NCBI RefSeq assembly: GCF_963921235.1
Contig: NC_086097.1
Location: forward strand, 61,568,001 to 61,632,000
DNA length: 64,000 bases
Direction: 5' to 3'
Source: Mobula hypostoma
Lineage: Eukaryota
This document shows positions 63,560-64,000 of the stretch, one piece after another (within the stretch, counting starts at the first letter, position 1; each line of letters starts with the position of its first letter). Below the pieces are notes generated by a model, which was given only the letters and a program-made list of their open reading frames with translations, searched no databases and was not told the origin of the DNA. Both the position numbers and the translations under genes were made by a program.

Positions 63560-64000
63560 TCATCCTCCTTCCTCTGAGCCATGGATTCCCATGCCCAAAT
63601 GCTTCAACAGATCCACAATCCGATGACACAACTTCCCGTCCCAGTGCCTCTTACACTTTGAGCTCCAGCTGTCTCTGTATTCTATGAGCTAGGCCAAAAT
63701 CGCCTACCTCATCTTTATTTGACTGGGCAAGCTCTGATGTGGGCCTCCGCTAATCAGTACAATAAAACATCCATTTGCAACAAATATGAGGATTTCACTG
63801 CAGAGGTGTGTCTGGTGTTCAACCACACCAGAAATGGAAGAGAGGCAGCTGATCGGATGTTTCACCTGGATCAAGGCTCATGCTCCGTGCTGAATTACAC
63901 TGTGGAATGCAGGACCCTAGTGGCAGACTTCAGCTGGAATGCGGCAGTGCCGCCAGCCCGTTATGATCATGGCCTCTCAGAGTGCTTGAATAATGAGCTG
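63560..64000 (+). pseudogene. Ty3/Gypsy (sushi-like) gag remnant, runs off the window end
   Basis: Manual translation gives EPWIPMPKCF, SQCLLHFELQ and AKIAYLI. Bases 63785-64000 give YEDFTAEVCLVFNHTRNGREAADRMFHLDQGSCSVLNYTVECRTLVADFSWNAAVPPARYDHGLSECLNNEL, which has the retrotransposon gag QG..SV..Y...R.L...W pattern. Confidence 0.8.

Noticed and set aside
63440..63740. Penelope GIY-YIG remnant near a hammerhead copy
   Set aside because: Translation fits Gypsy gag motifs much better.

Overview
Eukaryotic, repeat-dense non-genic DNA with no host exon, RNA gene or CRISPR array that I can support. The repeat mix (CR1, Rex1/Babar, RTE, Nimb/I and L2-like LINEs, HE1-like V-SINE, Deu-domain SINE, Penelope-like terminal repeats, Tc1 elements, solo LTRs) points to a cartilaginous fish, probably a ray or skate; this is an inference. 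All long ORFs are retroelement ORFs or their antisense shadows. Highlights: (1) about eight dispersed 90-140 bp inserts whose consensus is a minimal type I hammerhead ribozyme (CAGUC-CUGAYGA-A-GGGUCUCGGCCC-GAAACGUC-GACUG), typical of Penelope-like elements; most end next to the ribozyme 5' arm and have decayed at CpG sites. (2) A four-level nest: CR1 > solo LTR > near full-length Nimb LINE with RNase H > RTE, hammerhead insert and CR1. (3) A ~285 bp target-site duplication around the RTE. (4) An inversion with a ~410 bp inverted duplication inside a CR1. All alignments and family names were made by eye; boundaries are approximate unless a TSD or terminal motif is given.
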